A program made the translations under genes and the position numbers. A stretch of DNA of 64,000 bases from an uncultured Candidatus Saccharibacteria bacterium (GTDB taxonomy: Bacteria > Patescibacteriota > Minisyncoccia > Phycocordibacterales > UBA9973), in NCBI GenBank assembly GCA_964646765.1, contig CAZYIA010000004.1:13887-77886 (forward strand), read 5' to 3'. Under the pieces are notes generated by a model. The model saw only the letters and a list, made by a program, of their open reading frames with translations. It had not been told where the DNA came from and did not search any database. Shown here piece after piece: positions 30,094-41,300 of this stretch (positions within the stretch are counted from its first letter, which is position 1; every line of letters starts with the position of its first letter).

Positions 30094-30997
30094 CGATACC
30101 CGGATGGAGGACCCTGAACATGAGCAAGGCGGAACAGCTTTATCTCTTGATTGCTTTGGTCGGAGTGGCGTTGACACTGGCGTGGAGCCCGACCAGACAG
30201 ATGTTGATGACGATTTTTTCGGCGATTTTGACGCCGACGGTCCTGGAAGCCTTGAAGAATGTGTTCTTGTGGGTTTTCTGGGCCTTGAAGATGATCCTGG
30301 CCTCACACAAGGCCTGGCTGACGCACTTGATCACGCCGCGACACATCATGTATCCAAGCCTGCAGCGCGACAAACAGGTCTCGCGAAATCTGCGGCAGTA
30401 ACGGAGGAGGATTTCGAGGAAGGCGCGCCGCGCAACGCTTTTCTCATCATCCGTTCGCAGGCATCGAACCTGTTTTCGCGTGACCCGAAAATGTTCAAGC
30501 GCCGCCCAGCGGCGATCGACTTCTTCTTCACCAACCTGGACAACGGGGAAGACGCGACGTTTCAGCTCTGCTGCGACGTGCTCGACGCGCGCCCTGACAT
30601 CGTCAGGTTGCGTATCGTCTACGAGTTCTGGTTGCGGGGCATTCAGTTCACGAACCCAATGCCTTTCGAAGTAGTTCCGGTTCCCGCCATCATCGTCAAC
30701 GAGGCCTACATGTTGCGGGGAGACGTTGGTGTTGCCGTGGCACAAGCGGCGTGGAATTGGCCTGGCGTGCAAACAGCCGCAATGATCCGACGATGCGAGC
30801 ATCTCGGATTTGCTGCCGACGATATCGAGAAAGCTATTGCTGCGCTCGGTGACGAAAACATCCTATCGGAAATCACCGACGGCTGGTACCTCACTGGCCG
30901 CAATCCCATCATGCAAAGCATGCGGGACCAGACGCGATTCGGGGGCAAGGCAGTGCAGATGATTACACAGACGGTACATTGGTCACGACTGTTTTAA
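30083..30997 (+). CDS. hypothetical protein with acidic N-terminus
   Basis: Overlaps the traD stop; globular-looking C-terminal two-thirds ending WYLTGRNP...WSRLF. Confidence 0.65.
   Translation: MKTDDTRMEDPEHEQGGTALSLDCFGRSGVDTGVEPDQTDVDDDFFGDFDADGPGSLEECVLVGFLGLEDDPGLTQGLADALDHAATHHVSKPAARQTGLAKSAAVTEEDFEEGAPRNAFLIIRSQASNLFSRDPKMFKRRPAAIDFFFTNLDNGEDATFQLCCDVLDARPDIVRLRIVYEFWLRGIQFTNPMPFEVVPVPAIIVNEAYMLRGDVGVAVAQAAWNWPGVQTAAMIRRCEHLGFAADDIEKAIAALGDENILSEITDGWYLTGRNPIMQSMRDQTRFGGKAVQMITQTVHWSRLF
30120..30401 (+). CDS. small membrane protein nested out of frame within 30083-30997
   Basis: GGAGG upstream of the ATG; hydrophobic helices and a basic C-terminus. Confidence 0.55.
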   Translation: MSKAEQLYLLIALVGVALTLAWSPTRQMLMTIFSAILTPTVLEALKNVFLWVFWALKMILASHKAWLTHLITPRHIMYPSLQRDKQVSRNLRQ

Positions 30998-31013
30998 CGC
31001 CAGGCCCGCGCCC

Positions 31014-32708
31014 CTAAAAAGTTTCCCATTCGCCATTGCCCCCCACGACCGCCAGCTTCGCCGGCGGTCGTGGGGTTGTCACCGGCGTGTCATCTCGCGG
31101 CAAGCCCTTCACCCCGATCGCGCGGACCGGTGCGCTGCGTACCACGGACGCCCCGGACGGGCCAAGCTTGAAGACACTCACCGCATCAGCCAGCCTGCCG
31201 GCCTGCTCCTGCAGACTCTCCGCCGCAGCCACCGCCTCTTCCACCAGGGCCGCATTCTGCTGCGTGACGTCGTCCATCTGGCTGATCGCCTGGTTGACTT
31301 GCTCAATGCCGGAACTCTGCTCAGCACTCGCCGCGGCAATCTCGCCCATGATGTCGGTGACACGCTTCACGGAAGCAACAATCTCATCCATGGTGTGCCC
31401 GGCTTCGTCAACCAGCTTGCCACCCGCCTCGACCTTGTCGACGGAGTCTTCGATCAGGGCCTTGATCTCCTTGGCAGCGGTGGCGCTGCGTTGCGCAAGA
31501 CTCCGAACTTCGGAGGCAACAACGGCAAAACCACGCCCCTGCTCACCAGCACGCGCCGCCTCAACCGCAGCATTCAGGGCAAGGATGTTGGTCTGGAAGG
31601 CAATGCCGTCAATGACGCCAATGATGTCGGCAATCTTCCTCGAACTGTCCTTGATGGACGCCATGGTGTCGACGACTTCACCCACTACGCGACCTCCCTT
31701 CAAGGCGACGTCGGCCGTGGAAACGACCAGCTGGTTGGCCTGACGCGCGTTCTCGGCGTTCTGCCTGACCGTGCCGGTCAGCTCTTCCATCGAGCTCGCG
31801 GTCTCTTCCAGACTCGAGGCCTGCTCTTCGGTGCGACTCGAAAGATCGGCGCTGCCGGCGGCGACCTCGCGCGACGCGACGGTAATGGTGTCGGTTCCGC
31901 TGCGCACGCGCGACACGATTTCGGCCAGACTGGCATTCATGGTCTTGAGCGCCTGCATCAGATGGCCAATCTCGTCGTTCGAATGAACCTCGATGCGGTT
32001 GTCGAGGTTGCCAGCGGCAACCGACTCGGCAAGCGACACCGCTTCGTTCAAAGGATGCGTGATAGTGCGAATGAACCAAGCGGCAAGTAGCAGCATGGTC
32101 ACCACGGCGATGAGTACACCGGCCATCATCACACTACGCGCCACGGTGGCGGCACTCTCGCTGTGCTCGATGGAACGGTCTGCCGCGGCTTCGATGAGTG
32201 CGCTGGATTCCTCCATGTTGACCTCCAGTGCCTTGAACCTCTCCTCGAACTCGGGATAGCGCGCCTGCGCCGCGACGACATCGGAAAACGCGAGGCCGAC
32301 GATGGCTTCGGCCGACTTGATATAGGCTTCCAGCGCCACGTTGCTCTCCTCCAGACGCTTGCGTATCTCGCCGTCCAGGGGCAGTTTCATGTTGGCCGCG
32401 ATGTCTTCACGGAAAGCCGTTGCGGCCTCGGTCAGCTCATCGCGAATCTTCTGCGCGTCCGCCTGTTCACCGGCTGCCGTTTCGTGCCCCGCCAGAAGCG
32501 CGGCAAGCACGACGGCCTGCAATCCCTCATGCATCATGTCGCCGTGCATGTGGTTTTTCTGTACGATGCCGCTCAGGCGCACCTCGTCCATCACCAGGCG
32601 CATTTTCTGCTGCCCCCAGTAGCCCACCGCGGCGATCGCCAGCGTGAAAACGAGGCTCAGCAGTGCGAAGCCCCACAGTTTTTGTCTGATCGACAACGAG
32701 TTGAACAT
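31014..32708 (-). CDS. methyl-accepting chemotaxis protein
   Basis: TM1-sensor-TM2-HAMP layout, [30 protein letters not shown] hairpin, C-terminal EWETF pentapeptide. Confidence 0.96.
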   Translation of the reverse strand: MFNSLSIRQKLWGFALLSLVFTLAIAAVGYWGQQKMRLVMDEVRLSGIVQKNHMHGDMMHEGLQAVVLAALLAGHETAAGEQADAQKIRDELTEAATAFREDIAANMKLPLDGEIRKRLEESNVALEAYIKSAEAIVGLAFSDVVAAQARYPEFEERFKALEVNMEESSALIEAAADRSIEHSESAATVARSVMMAGVLIAVVTMLLLAAWFIRTITHPLNEAVSLAESVAAGNLDNRIEVHSNDEIGHLMQALKTMNASLAEIVSRVRSGTDTITVASREVAAGSADLSSRTEEQASSLEETASSMEELTGTVRQNAENARQANQLVVSTADVALKGGRVVGEVVDTMASIKDSSRKIADIIGVIDGIAFQTNILALNAAVEAARAGEQGRGFAVVASEVRSLAQRSATAAKEIKALIEDSVDKVEAGGKLVDEAGHTMDEIVASVKRVTDIMGEIAAASAEQSSGIEQVNQAISQMDDVTQQNAALVEEAVAAAESLQEQAGRLADAVSVFKLGPSGASVVRSAPVRAIGVKGLPRDDTPVTTPRPPAKLAVVGGNGEWETF

Positions 32709-32744
32709 TGCCCGCCCCCTAACCAAGAAAACAATCCCGATAAA

Positions 32745-34010
32745 TCATTTTTCCAGCACCATTTCAAAGCGCACACCCAACACGCTCACATTGCCCATAC
32801 CCCGGGCAGCGTTGGGATTGATGACATACTGCACATTCGGCTGCACGACGAGCCAGTCGTTGACCGGTGCGCGCCACGTCAGCTCCCACACCGATTCATG
32901 GCGACTGGCGTCGGGTTCGATCTGACGATACTTGCCGCCGACGTTGGCCTGCGTCCACGACAACGCGAGCTGATCGGCCGGACGGCTTGCCATCGGGCCG
33001 GTGAACACCACCCCTGCCTGGGTGTAGCTCGAAAGCGGATTGAGGTCCGCGTTGGCACGCCCATAGCGGGCGAAGGCGTCGACGTGACCACCACCAGACA
33101 ATGCGAGGATCGTGCGCTCGGCCAGCACATAGAATCCACGGTTGTTGCCACGCATCAATGGATCGCCTGCTGCATCCGTTGCGGTCAGATCCTCGAAGCG
33201 CGAGGTGTATGACCAGGCGCCAACGGCATACTTGTCAGTTGACGACATGCCAAGCAACTGAGCCTTCTTGCCTCGCGCAGGGACGAATCCCACCTCCGCT
33301 ACCCGCAGCGTGCCGTCGCCGTCATTGAACTGGATATGCGTGCCGCGCGGATTATCGGGATCTCCCGGCACACCGTCGAGGATCGCCAACTGCAGGTAGG
33401 TTTCCTCGGTCGGACGGACACGCACGCGCAGCGCGACGGACGAGGTCGGAAACACCGATGGCCCGTTCACTCCGGTCTGCGCCATTTCCGAGCCTATACC
33501 CGGTGCCGGGTGGAGGAAAATTCCACTGCTGTGGCTGACGTAGAACTCGGAGTTGAGGTCGTACAGGCCGAAGCGCGCCGACAGGCGGTCATCCAGCCAC
33601 TGCTTTTCGACCCAGACCTGGAAAATCTTCGCGGTATTCGTCTCAACCTCGATATTGTCGACGCCCTGGATGCTGCCGACCAGATGGGTATTGGGCTTGC
33701 TGCCATGGCTCCAGATTGCGTGTACACCCGCAGTCATGCCGGACCACCCGGCCATCCGTTCCAGATTGAAATCGGCCGTCGCATCGAGGTTGCCGAGCGC
33801 CATGGTGCCGCGCTTGAGGCCTCCGGAAATGTTGGACAGCACATCCGCCCGATACAGGAGGCCGAGCGCGTAGGCACTGTCCGGATGATCAGTCGTCCCT
33901 TCATATTGCCTCTCTGCTGCGAGCGCCTCGAGCGAAGCCGCCAGAAGGACGCTTATCAGTATCCGGCTCAGCACCGGGATGATACTTTTGCTGTTTTTTC
34001 CGTAACGCAT
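32745..34010 (-). CDS. OprB-family carbohydrate-selective porin
   Basis: NISGGLKRG, GLYDLNSEF, GPSVFP, E.TWR....W...QP.VQYVINP, C-terminal GVRF. Confidence 0.88.
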   Translation of the reverse strand: MRYGKNSKSIIPVLSRILISVLLAASLEALAAERQYEGTTDHPDSAYALGLLYRADVLSNISGGLKRGTMALGNLDATADFNLERMAGWSGMTAGVHAIWSHGSKPNTHLVGSIQGVDNIEVETNTAKIFQVWVEKQWLDDRLSARFGLYDLNSEFYVSHSSGIFLHPAPGIGSEMAQTGVNGPSVFPTSSVALRVRVRPTEETYLQLAILDGVPGDPDNPRGTHIQFNDGDGTLRVAEVGFVPARGKKAQLLGMSSTDKYAVGAWSYTSRFEDLTATDAAGDPLMRGNNRGFYVLAERTILALSGGGHVDAFARYGRANADLNPLSSYTQAGVVFTGPMASRPADQLALSWTQANVGGKYRQIEPDASRHESVWELTWRAPVNDWLVVQPNVQYVINPNAARGMGNVSVLGVRFEMVLEK

Positions 34011-34110
34011 GTTTATTGTCTTGCAGGTGAAGTGAAATTATGGCCGCACAAAACGGCATAGAGCCACAATGCATCATGCTGTGCGCGGCCTTGGGTGCTT
34101 CTCAGATGTA

Positions 34111-34410
34111 TCACCACTTGTCTGGGAGAGAAGCCGGAGGGGGTGGTGGCTCGTTTGCAGAACACTCCTGTTGCCAAACAGCAAAACGTTGCGCCACCTC
34201 ATCCGTAGACAATGATTCGTCAAGGATGTGTCGAATTGTTGACATGGATGCATTGGCGTAAATGAAGCTCCCAGAGCAATTGGGAGCGTCTTTCAAGCCG
34301 CACGAACTCTTCTCGGGTAATGAAGTACAGCCTGTCAAATGCCACCACTTGAACGATGTCGTAATCGAGCGCCATCGTAAGCAGGCTTTTTCTTGGTTCG
34401 TCCATATCCA
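34111..34410 (-). pseudogene. possible frameshifted gene remnant
   Basis: Two overlapping short ORFs in different frames (..MALDYDIVQVVAFDRLY.. and ..FIYANASMSTIRHILDE..). Confidence 0.3.
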
Positions 34411-34668
34411 TTCGTCTAGTTCTCCGCAACACCCATACTGATGCAACAGCCATGCCAAGACGGACATTGAAGTTTTTCCGCTACATGCCGTTAATCAGTT
34501 TGAAACCGAAAGACTGGCAAAGCTGGGGCAACCCAGTGACGCAAAGCCTCCGGTCCGGAGCCATGGCTCGGGATAGCGGGGTTGCATGGCACGAATCTTC
34601 CATTCGTCCGGTCGCAACGCTTGCTTTCCTTGCTGTGGGTCTTCGTCACTCGTTGCGGAGAACACGAC

Positions 34669-35106
34669 ATGAAAAGCTTGATCGTTGCAGGCCTGCTCAC
34701 CATGGCGGCGGGCCAATATGGCGCAAACGTCGTTTTTGCCCCCGGGTCTTCTGCGGGTGAGCCGATGAATGCGGGTCCCAGGGTAGCGGAGACGCGGCTG
34801 GAGCTGACCGGTGCAGAGCATCGATCCGCTGCGGCAAATCTGGCAATTGGTCAGGACATCGAGCGCGCGAGCACGCATTTCGAGGACGCCTTCGGCAAAG
34901 CCCCCCAGGTCGCAACAGCAATGGCCTACTCAGTCCAGGCGCACGGGCCCATCAAGGCGATTCTGTACGATGATCCCTCAGTGAAATCAGCGACAACCGG
35001 GTTTGCCGAATCATTGGGGCGTGGCCTGCGCGCACTGGCGGACGCCGTGGCACGGGACATGGCTGAAGGGACCAAGCAGTTGCATCCACAACCGGTCCAG
35101 GGCTAG
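34669..35106 (+). CDS. secreted hypothetical protein
   Basis: RBS GGAGA, MKSLIVAGLL signal peptide. Confidence 0.6.
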   Translation: MKSLIVAGLLTMAAGQYGANVVFAPGSSAGEPMNAGPRVAETRLELTGAEHRSAAANLAIGQDIERASTHFEDAFGKAPQVATAMAYSVQAHGPIKAILYDDPSVKSATTGFAESLGRGLRALADAVARDMAEGTKQLHPQPVQG

Positions 35107-38100
35107 GCCGGCGTATTGCCGGCAGCATCCAGCACTACCGCACCAGGTGGCTCAGTCGCCATGCGGTTCGACGCCGGGGTGTAGCTGTAGGGCCCGGTCG
35201 AATCGATCAACCGGTTCCCGTTGCAGTCGTACGAAAGCAACTGCGTCGACTCGGAGATCAGACGATCCAGCGCGTCGTACTGGAACTGGCTTGCGTCCTT
35301 CTGAACGACGTTGCCGTTGGCGTCATAGGCGAAGGTCCGGTTCAACACGAATCCGGCCGTCCAGCCTGTCATCCGGCCCTGCAGGTCGTAGGTCTTCGAC
35401 TCGGTGATGCCATTGGCCCAGGTCTGGGCCTTGACCAGGCCGTCGGCGCGGTAGGTTCTGCCGGTGAGGACGTTGCTGCCGTTGGTCGAAACCGCGGTGA
35501 CGTTGCCGATGGCGTTGCGGGTATAGGCCACGATCCGGCCAGAGGGATAGGTGATGCTGGCGAGGTCGCCGGCTGGCGTCCAGGTGTAGGACGTGGTCTT
35601 GCTCACGCCACCTTGAACCCAAGTCTCGGATGAAACCCGGCCGAACCCTTCATAGATCCAGCTGCGCGTCCCCGCCTGATCCGTCACACTGCAAAGCTGG
35701 CCAACCTGGCAGGTATCGTAGGTCATGGCCACGTTCTCGGCCGGGTTCGGGTAGGAAACCGAGGTCACCCGGTTCAGGACGTCATAGGTGAACGTGGCGG
35801 CGATCCCGCGAGCGTCGGTCCGGGTCAACACGTTCCCGTTGGCGTCATGTGTGTAGGTGATGACACCGCGATCCGGGCCAGCCTCCTTCAGGACGTTACC
35901 AAGGTCGTCGATCTCATAGCCAGTGGCAGCATCGTTCGGTGTCACAACCCCTGCCAGGTTACCGCCAGGGTCGTAACCCCGATCGGTCATCCCCCCCAGG
36001 GCATCCACCGTACGGACGATACGATCCAGGGTGTCGACCTGATGCTGGGTGATGTTGCCGTTGGGGTCGGTGACCTGGGTGAGATTCCCCACCGCGTCGT
36101 GCACCAGTTGGGTAACCGAGCCGGCGGCATTGACCTGGCTTGGGTAGTTCCGGGCGTTGAAGGCCAGATCCATCTGCCGGACAACGGTGCCATCGGGATC
36201 TTTCGTGACATCCGACGTCCGGTTCCCCTTGAGGTCGTAGGCGTAGCTGACCTTGTTGCCCAGGCTATCGGTGACGCTGGCCAGGCGGTCTGCTACATCG
36301 TAGGTGTAGGTCAGGGTGCCACGGCCGGGGACGATGACCGAGAGCAGCCGGCCGGCGGCGTCCCACGCATAGGAATAGGTGCGCGCGCTGCCCACCACCG
36401 GTGTTTCGGTCACCGACGCAACCCTGCCCCGCAGGTTGTACGTGTACGCGGTGACCAGGCCGTTCGGATCGGTTTTACGGAGCAGGCGGCCGTTGGCGTC
36501 GTACTGGTCGAAGGTGGTGACGTGGCCAGCGGGGTTGGTGATGGAGGAGAGCATCTCGCAGCCGAAACCGGTAGTGCACTGCGGATAGGTAAGCTGGGTG
36601 GTGCGGCCGTTGGCGTCGGTGATCGCGCCAATCTGTCCCGCCGGTGCATAGGCCATCGCTACCGTTCTGGAAACCGCAGTGCCAGCCGGGGTGTAGCCAG
36701 ATACCTGGATTTGCACCGGGCGGTTCCGTTCGTCGTAGGCGATCTCGGTGCGCTTGACTGCGCCACCAAATACGCTCGGCTCTTCGATGACCGTCGGCAG
36801 CGCCAGGAAGTCGTCCAGATAGGCCCAGGTGGTAGTGCGCGCTTCTGGCGTTCCTGCGGCCTCCACCTTCTGGATCGGCCGGTTGACGGCGTCCCAGGCA
36901 TAGGTGGTCGTTCTGCCCTCCTCGTCTGTCTCGGAAATGAGGTTGTTGTTCGCATCGAAGCTCCGGAAACGCGTCTTGCCATCCATGCTATGGGTACGAG
37001 CGGCAAGAAGATTGACTCCGAGGTTGCGTGTGAAGGCGAGCGTTTCGGCATTGCCGGCAGCGTCCGTCACGGTGGCGCCGGCGCCGCTGAAGCCGAGACC
37101 GAAGGATTCCGTGCCGTCCGGCCTGGCAGTCGACACCGCCTGGCCCGTCGCAGCGTCGTAGGCATAGGTGCCAACCCGCTTGCCCGTCTCGTCGATGATG
37201 CCCGTCAGGGCATGAGGGTTGAGAGGATCTTCGTACAGATACCGGCGCACGCTGTTGTCGGGGAAGTAGACCTGCACCAGCCGGCGGCGACTGTCATACT
37301 GGTAGCGAATCCGGTGCCCGTCCGGCTGCCGAATCTCCAAAAGAATGGCGGCTCCCCATACCGGAGTCAGCTTGTGACCACCCGGGCCGAATTCGGCCAT
37401 GATCAGGCCATTTGACACCATGTCATAGCGGGTCCGGATTCCCGACGGACTGAATCGCTCGATGATGTTGCCGGGTGCGTTGTAGCGCTCGATCGAACCG
37501 TCCTGCCATGCACGCCTGTAGCCCAAGCCGTCACGCTTCAGCTTGAAGCGGACGTCGGCCGGGCAGGCGAAGGTGCCGTCGAGGTTGTCAGGGCAATGAA
37601 CGGTACGCCCACTGGATTCCCGGACCTGGACACCGTTGCCGTCGGGGGTGATTCGCACCGAGTAATCGAAGGTCCAGTTGTAGCCCATGTAACCGGAATT
37701 CGTAAAACTCTGGCTGTTGTACGTGCGCGCCATCGAAGACACACCCGGCGGCCCATTGAAATCGACCTCCCTTTGCACCTTGTTGCCTACCGCGGCGTCA
37801 ACCGGGTTGCCATAGCAAGTATCGCCCGCGCCGCTTTCGCCCCCGAGTTGCTTCACATTTTGAGCTGCGAGCACCGCAGACTGTTTCGAGACGACATCGC
37901 CAGAAGTCGGCCCCACCAGCACCATGCCAGGCGACACCGCTTGTGTCGGAAAAACGTGATAGTGGTAGGTAGCCCCGGCCGACAGACCGCAACCCCGGTT
38001 CTGCTCGTTCGACGTCCAGGTCTGGAGGCCAGCACCGGCGCTACCGGTCCAATATGCCCAGCAATTACTGATGTTTTGCGGACAAATCCTTCGCATCGCG

Positions 38101-38234
38101 CCATCTTTCAGGCAGGCAGTGAAGGCTTCTTCCGAGGTGTTGTAGTAGCTGTATAAATTGGCGATCGCCTGCGAGGGACTCAATCCTGTCAGGGCGGCCA
38201 TCGCGGCAAGAACGAAGGCGAGCGGGTGCATCAT
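35103..38234 (-). CDS. RHS/YD-repeat protein, C-terminally truncated
   Basis: Sec signal, DUF6531-like GNPV...GNK..E.DF..RTYNS, many YDxxGxL repeats; ends at ..DAAGNTPA with no RHS core or DPxG motif. Confidence 0.85.
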   Translation of the reverse strand: MMHPLAFVLAAMAALTGLSPSQAIANLYSYYNTSEEAFTACLKDGAMRRICPQNISNCWAYWTGSAGAGLQTWTSNEQNRGCGLSAGATYHYHVFPTQAVSPGMVLVGPTSGDVVSKQSAVLAAQNVKQLGGESGAGDTCYGNPVDAAVGNKVQREVDFNGPPGVSSMARTYNSQSFTNSGYMGYNWTFDYSVRITPDGNGVQVRESSGRTVHCPDNLDGTFACPADVRFKLKRDGLGYRRAWQDGSIERYNAPGNIIERFSPSGIRTRYDMVSNGLIMAEFGPGGHKLTPVWGAAILLEIRQPDGHRIRYQYDSRRRLVQVYFPDNSVRRYLYEDPLNPHALTGIIDETGKRVGTYAYDAATGQAVSTARPDGTESFGLGFSGAGATVTDAAGNAETLAFTRNLGVNLLAARTHSMDGKTRFRSFDANNNLISETDEEGRTTTYAWDAVNRPIQKVEAAGTPEARTTTWAYLDDFLALPTVIEEPSVFGGAVKRTEIAYDERNRPVQIQVSGYTPAGTAVSRTVAMAYAPAGQIGAITDANGRTTQLTYPQCTTGFGCEMLSSITNPAGHVTTFDQYDANGRLLRKTDPNGLVTAYTYNLRGRVASVTETPVVGSARTYSYAWDAAGRLLSVIVPGRGTLTYTYDVADRLASVTDSLGNKVSYAYDLKGNRTSDVTKDPDGTVVRQMDLAFNARNYPSQVNAAGSVTQLVHDAVGNLTQVTDPNGNITQHQVDTLDRIVRTVDALGGMTDRGYDPGGNLAGVVTPNDAATGYEIDDLGNVLKEAGPDRGVITYTHDANGNVLTRTDARGIAATFTYDVLNRVTSVSYPNPAENVAMTYDTCQVGQLCSVTDQAGTRSWIYEGFGRVSSETWVQGGVSKTTSYTWTPAGDLASITYPSGRIVAYTRNAIGNVTAVSTNGSNVLTGRTYRADGLVKAQTWANGITESKTYDLQGRMTGWTAGFVLNRTFAYDANGNVVQKDASQFQYDALDRLISESTQLLSYDCNGNRLIDSTGPYSYTPASNRMATEPPGAVVLDAAGNTPA

Positions 38235-38332
38235 GTGCTTTCGAATCGAAAGCTCCGATGGTAGCGAGGGGCCACTATAAGTTCAGGTGTTTGAGCCGGG
38301 AAAAGGGGCGCGCACCGGGTCAATCCCGGTGA

Positions 38333-41300
38333 TCACGCCGGTCGACCATCCTCCCGCCGCTTTTCCTCAAATCCACGGTAGACCAGATCCAGCAACAGCG
38401 CCGCCATCGCCTTCTTGACGTGGCCCTTGCCCATCACCTGCTCCGACATGTTCTTGTGGTTCTCGTAAGCCGCCATCACGGCGTCCTCGAAGGCGTTCAT
38501 GAAGTCCGGGCTGTCGCCGAACTGGGCTTTCTGGTTGGCCGCCGCCTGCTGGGCCAGAACCTCCGACTCCATCATCTTGCCGGCGATGTGGTTCACGTAG
38601 TTGATGCGGTCCGCGTCCGTCAGCTCTTCGCCCTCAAAGAGATCGTTCATCTTTCCAACGATCTCCGACAGCAGGGCCTGCGCCGGATCCTGCGGCACGC
38701 GGCTGCCGATACCTGTCATCGGGTCGAGTGTGGCCGGCTCGTCGGTGGAATCGCCAAGGCCCAGCTTGCGCTTGCCCAGGTCGCGCAGGTTGTAGTGCGT
38801 CATCAGCACGGCCGACAGGTCAATCGCCTCGTGCCTGACCTCCTCGGCGATGAGCGGGGCGAGGTGCTTGTAGAAGAGGCTGCGCTTGAAGAGATCCGAA
38901 TCGCCGTAGTCGACGATCTGGGAGAGGAAGTCGTAGGCGCGCACGAAGCCGCCCAGGTCCTTTCGGAAGAGATCCAAAGCCTCGATGGCTTTCTTGTCCT
39001 TCTGCTGCTCGGCCTCCGTATAGCGCACACGGAAGCGTTCGACCGCGGGGCCGATCCTGGCCTGCAGGTCCTTCTGGGTGCCTTTCCTGTAATAGGCCTC
39101 GGCAAACCCATCCACCTCCTCCGGCAGGTAGATGCCCGTGGCATCGAGCTTGGCCTGCAGGTCGTGGATCAGGTTGGGATCGGATACGCCGGCGAGCTGC
39201 GCTGTGCGGTAATAGGTGCGGAAGGCAGCCAGGATCTCGTCGGGGTCGTTCACGAAATCGAGCACGAAGGTGTCGGTCTTGCCGGGGTAGATGCGGTTGA
39301 GCCGCGAGAGCGTCTGCACGGCCGAGACGCCGGCGAGCTTCTTGTCGACGTACATCGCCACCAGCAGGGGCTGGTCGAAACCCGTCTGGAACTTGTTGGC
39401 AACCAGCATGACCTGGTACTCGTCGGTGGCAAAGGCCTCGCGCATGTCACGACCCTTGAGGCCGGGGTTCATGTTTGACTCGTTGAATGGGTTCGGGCCG
39501 CTCTCCGGGTCGTTCACGTCGCCGGAGAAGGCCACCAGGGCGGCAACGTCCTTGTAGCCCTGCGTCTTGATGTACTTGTCCATGGCGAGCTTGTAGCGCA
39601 CCGCCTCCTTCCGTGAGGAGGTCACGACCATGGCCTTGGCCCGGCCATTCAGGCGCCACATCACGTTGGCCCGAAAGTGTTCGACGATCACCTGGACCTT
39701 CTGGGCGATGTTGTGCGGGTGCAGGCGCACCCAGTTCATCAGCGACTTCAGGGCCCGGTTCTGGTCGACCTGCTCATCGTCGTAGTCCTGCCCATCGTGC
39801 GCCAGCTTGAAGGCAAGCTTGTAGGGCGTGTAGTTCTTCAGCACGTCGAGGATGAAGCCCTCCTCGATGGCCTGCTGCATGGAATAGACGTGGAACGGCG
39901 CCGGCAAACCGTCCGGGTCGGGCCGCCCGAAAAGTTCGAGCGTCTTGGCCTTGGGCGTGGCGGTGAAGGCGAAGTAGCTGACGGTATCAGGTTGTACCTG
40001 ACCGGCCATCTCTGCTTCAAGGATTTCCTCCAGGTCTACCTCGGCGCCGTCCTCGATCTCCGCCAGCCGCTCGGCGGTCAGCACCTGCTTCAATTTCTTG
40101 GCGGCCGAGCCGGTCTGGGAGGTGTGCGCCTCGTCAGCGATCACGGCGAAGCGCCGGCCCTTGAGGGTGACCGTGTCCCGGATGGCGTCGAGCACGAACG
40201 GGAACGTCTGGATCGTCACGATGATGATGGGTGCGCGGTCGGCCAGCGCCTTCACCAACTGCGATGACTTGGAGCCCCCCTCGTCGGTGATCCTGACCAC
40301 CACGCCATGCTTGTGCTCGAACTGGTAGATCGCGTCCTGCAGCTGGGAGTCCAGCACCGTGCGGTCGGTGATGACGATGACCGAGTCGAAAAGCTTGATG
40401 TCCGCATCGTCATGCAGGGACGCCAGCTGGTGGGAGAGCCACGAGATGGAGTTGGTCTTGCCGGAGCCCGCGGAGTGCTGCACCAGGTACTTCATGCCCG
40501 GGCCTTCCACCCGTGCGGTCGCCACGAGCAATGTGACCGCCTCCCACTGGTGGAAGCGCGGGAAGATCAGGCCCTGCTTCTCGACTACGGTGCCATCGGG
40601 CTGGGTTTCCTGCTTCTTCTCCAGGTGGACGAAGCGGCCGAGGATGTCGAGCCAGGCGTCGCGATCCAGCACGCGCTCCCAGAGATAGGCCGTGCGATAG
40701 CCGTTGGGGTTGGGCGGGTTGCCCTTGCCGCCGTCGTTGCCCAGGTTGAACGGCAGGAAACGGGTCTCCTTGCCAGCGAGCTTCGTCGTCATCCACACCT
40801 CGTCTGTGGACACCGCGAAGTGCACAAGGGAGCGCCGCTTGAAGGCGAGCAGCGGCTCCTCGCGCTTGGTGACGGGATCCTTCACCGGCCGGCCATGCCG
40901 ATACTGGCTGATGGCGTCCTGCACGGACTGGGTGAAATCGGTCTTGAGTTCGAGGGTGGCGACCGGGATGCCGTTCACGAACACCACGAGGTCGATGCTG
41001 TTCTGGTTCGACAGGCAGTAATGCACCTGCCGCATGACACGCACCCGCACCCTGTCGTACCGGGCCAACGTTTCCGGGTTCATCTTCTGCGCCGGCTTGA
41101 ACTGGCACATGTCGAACCGGGCGTTCACGTTCTTGAAACCGTGGCGCAGTACCGAGAGCGAGCCTTCCCTGTCCATGACCTCGGCCAGACGCTTCAGCAC
41201 CGTCTTCTCGCTGGATCCGTTATGCAGCGTCTTCACCTTCGCCCATTCCTTGGGCTGGGTTTCCGACAACCAGGCGATGACGTCCTCCGGAAAGAGCGCC

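Noticed and set aside
34587-34603. Sigma-54-like site TGGCACG-N4-TTCC
   Set aside because: The -12 element lacks the conserved GC, so support is insufficient.
35847-37415. Long antisense ORFs (also 45032-46492, 40307-41527, 57766-59250, 16802-17971, 7508-8530)
   Set aside because: They are shadows of well-supported genes on the opposite strand, expected with GC-rich codon bias, and carry no motifs.
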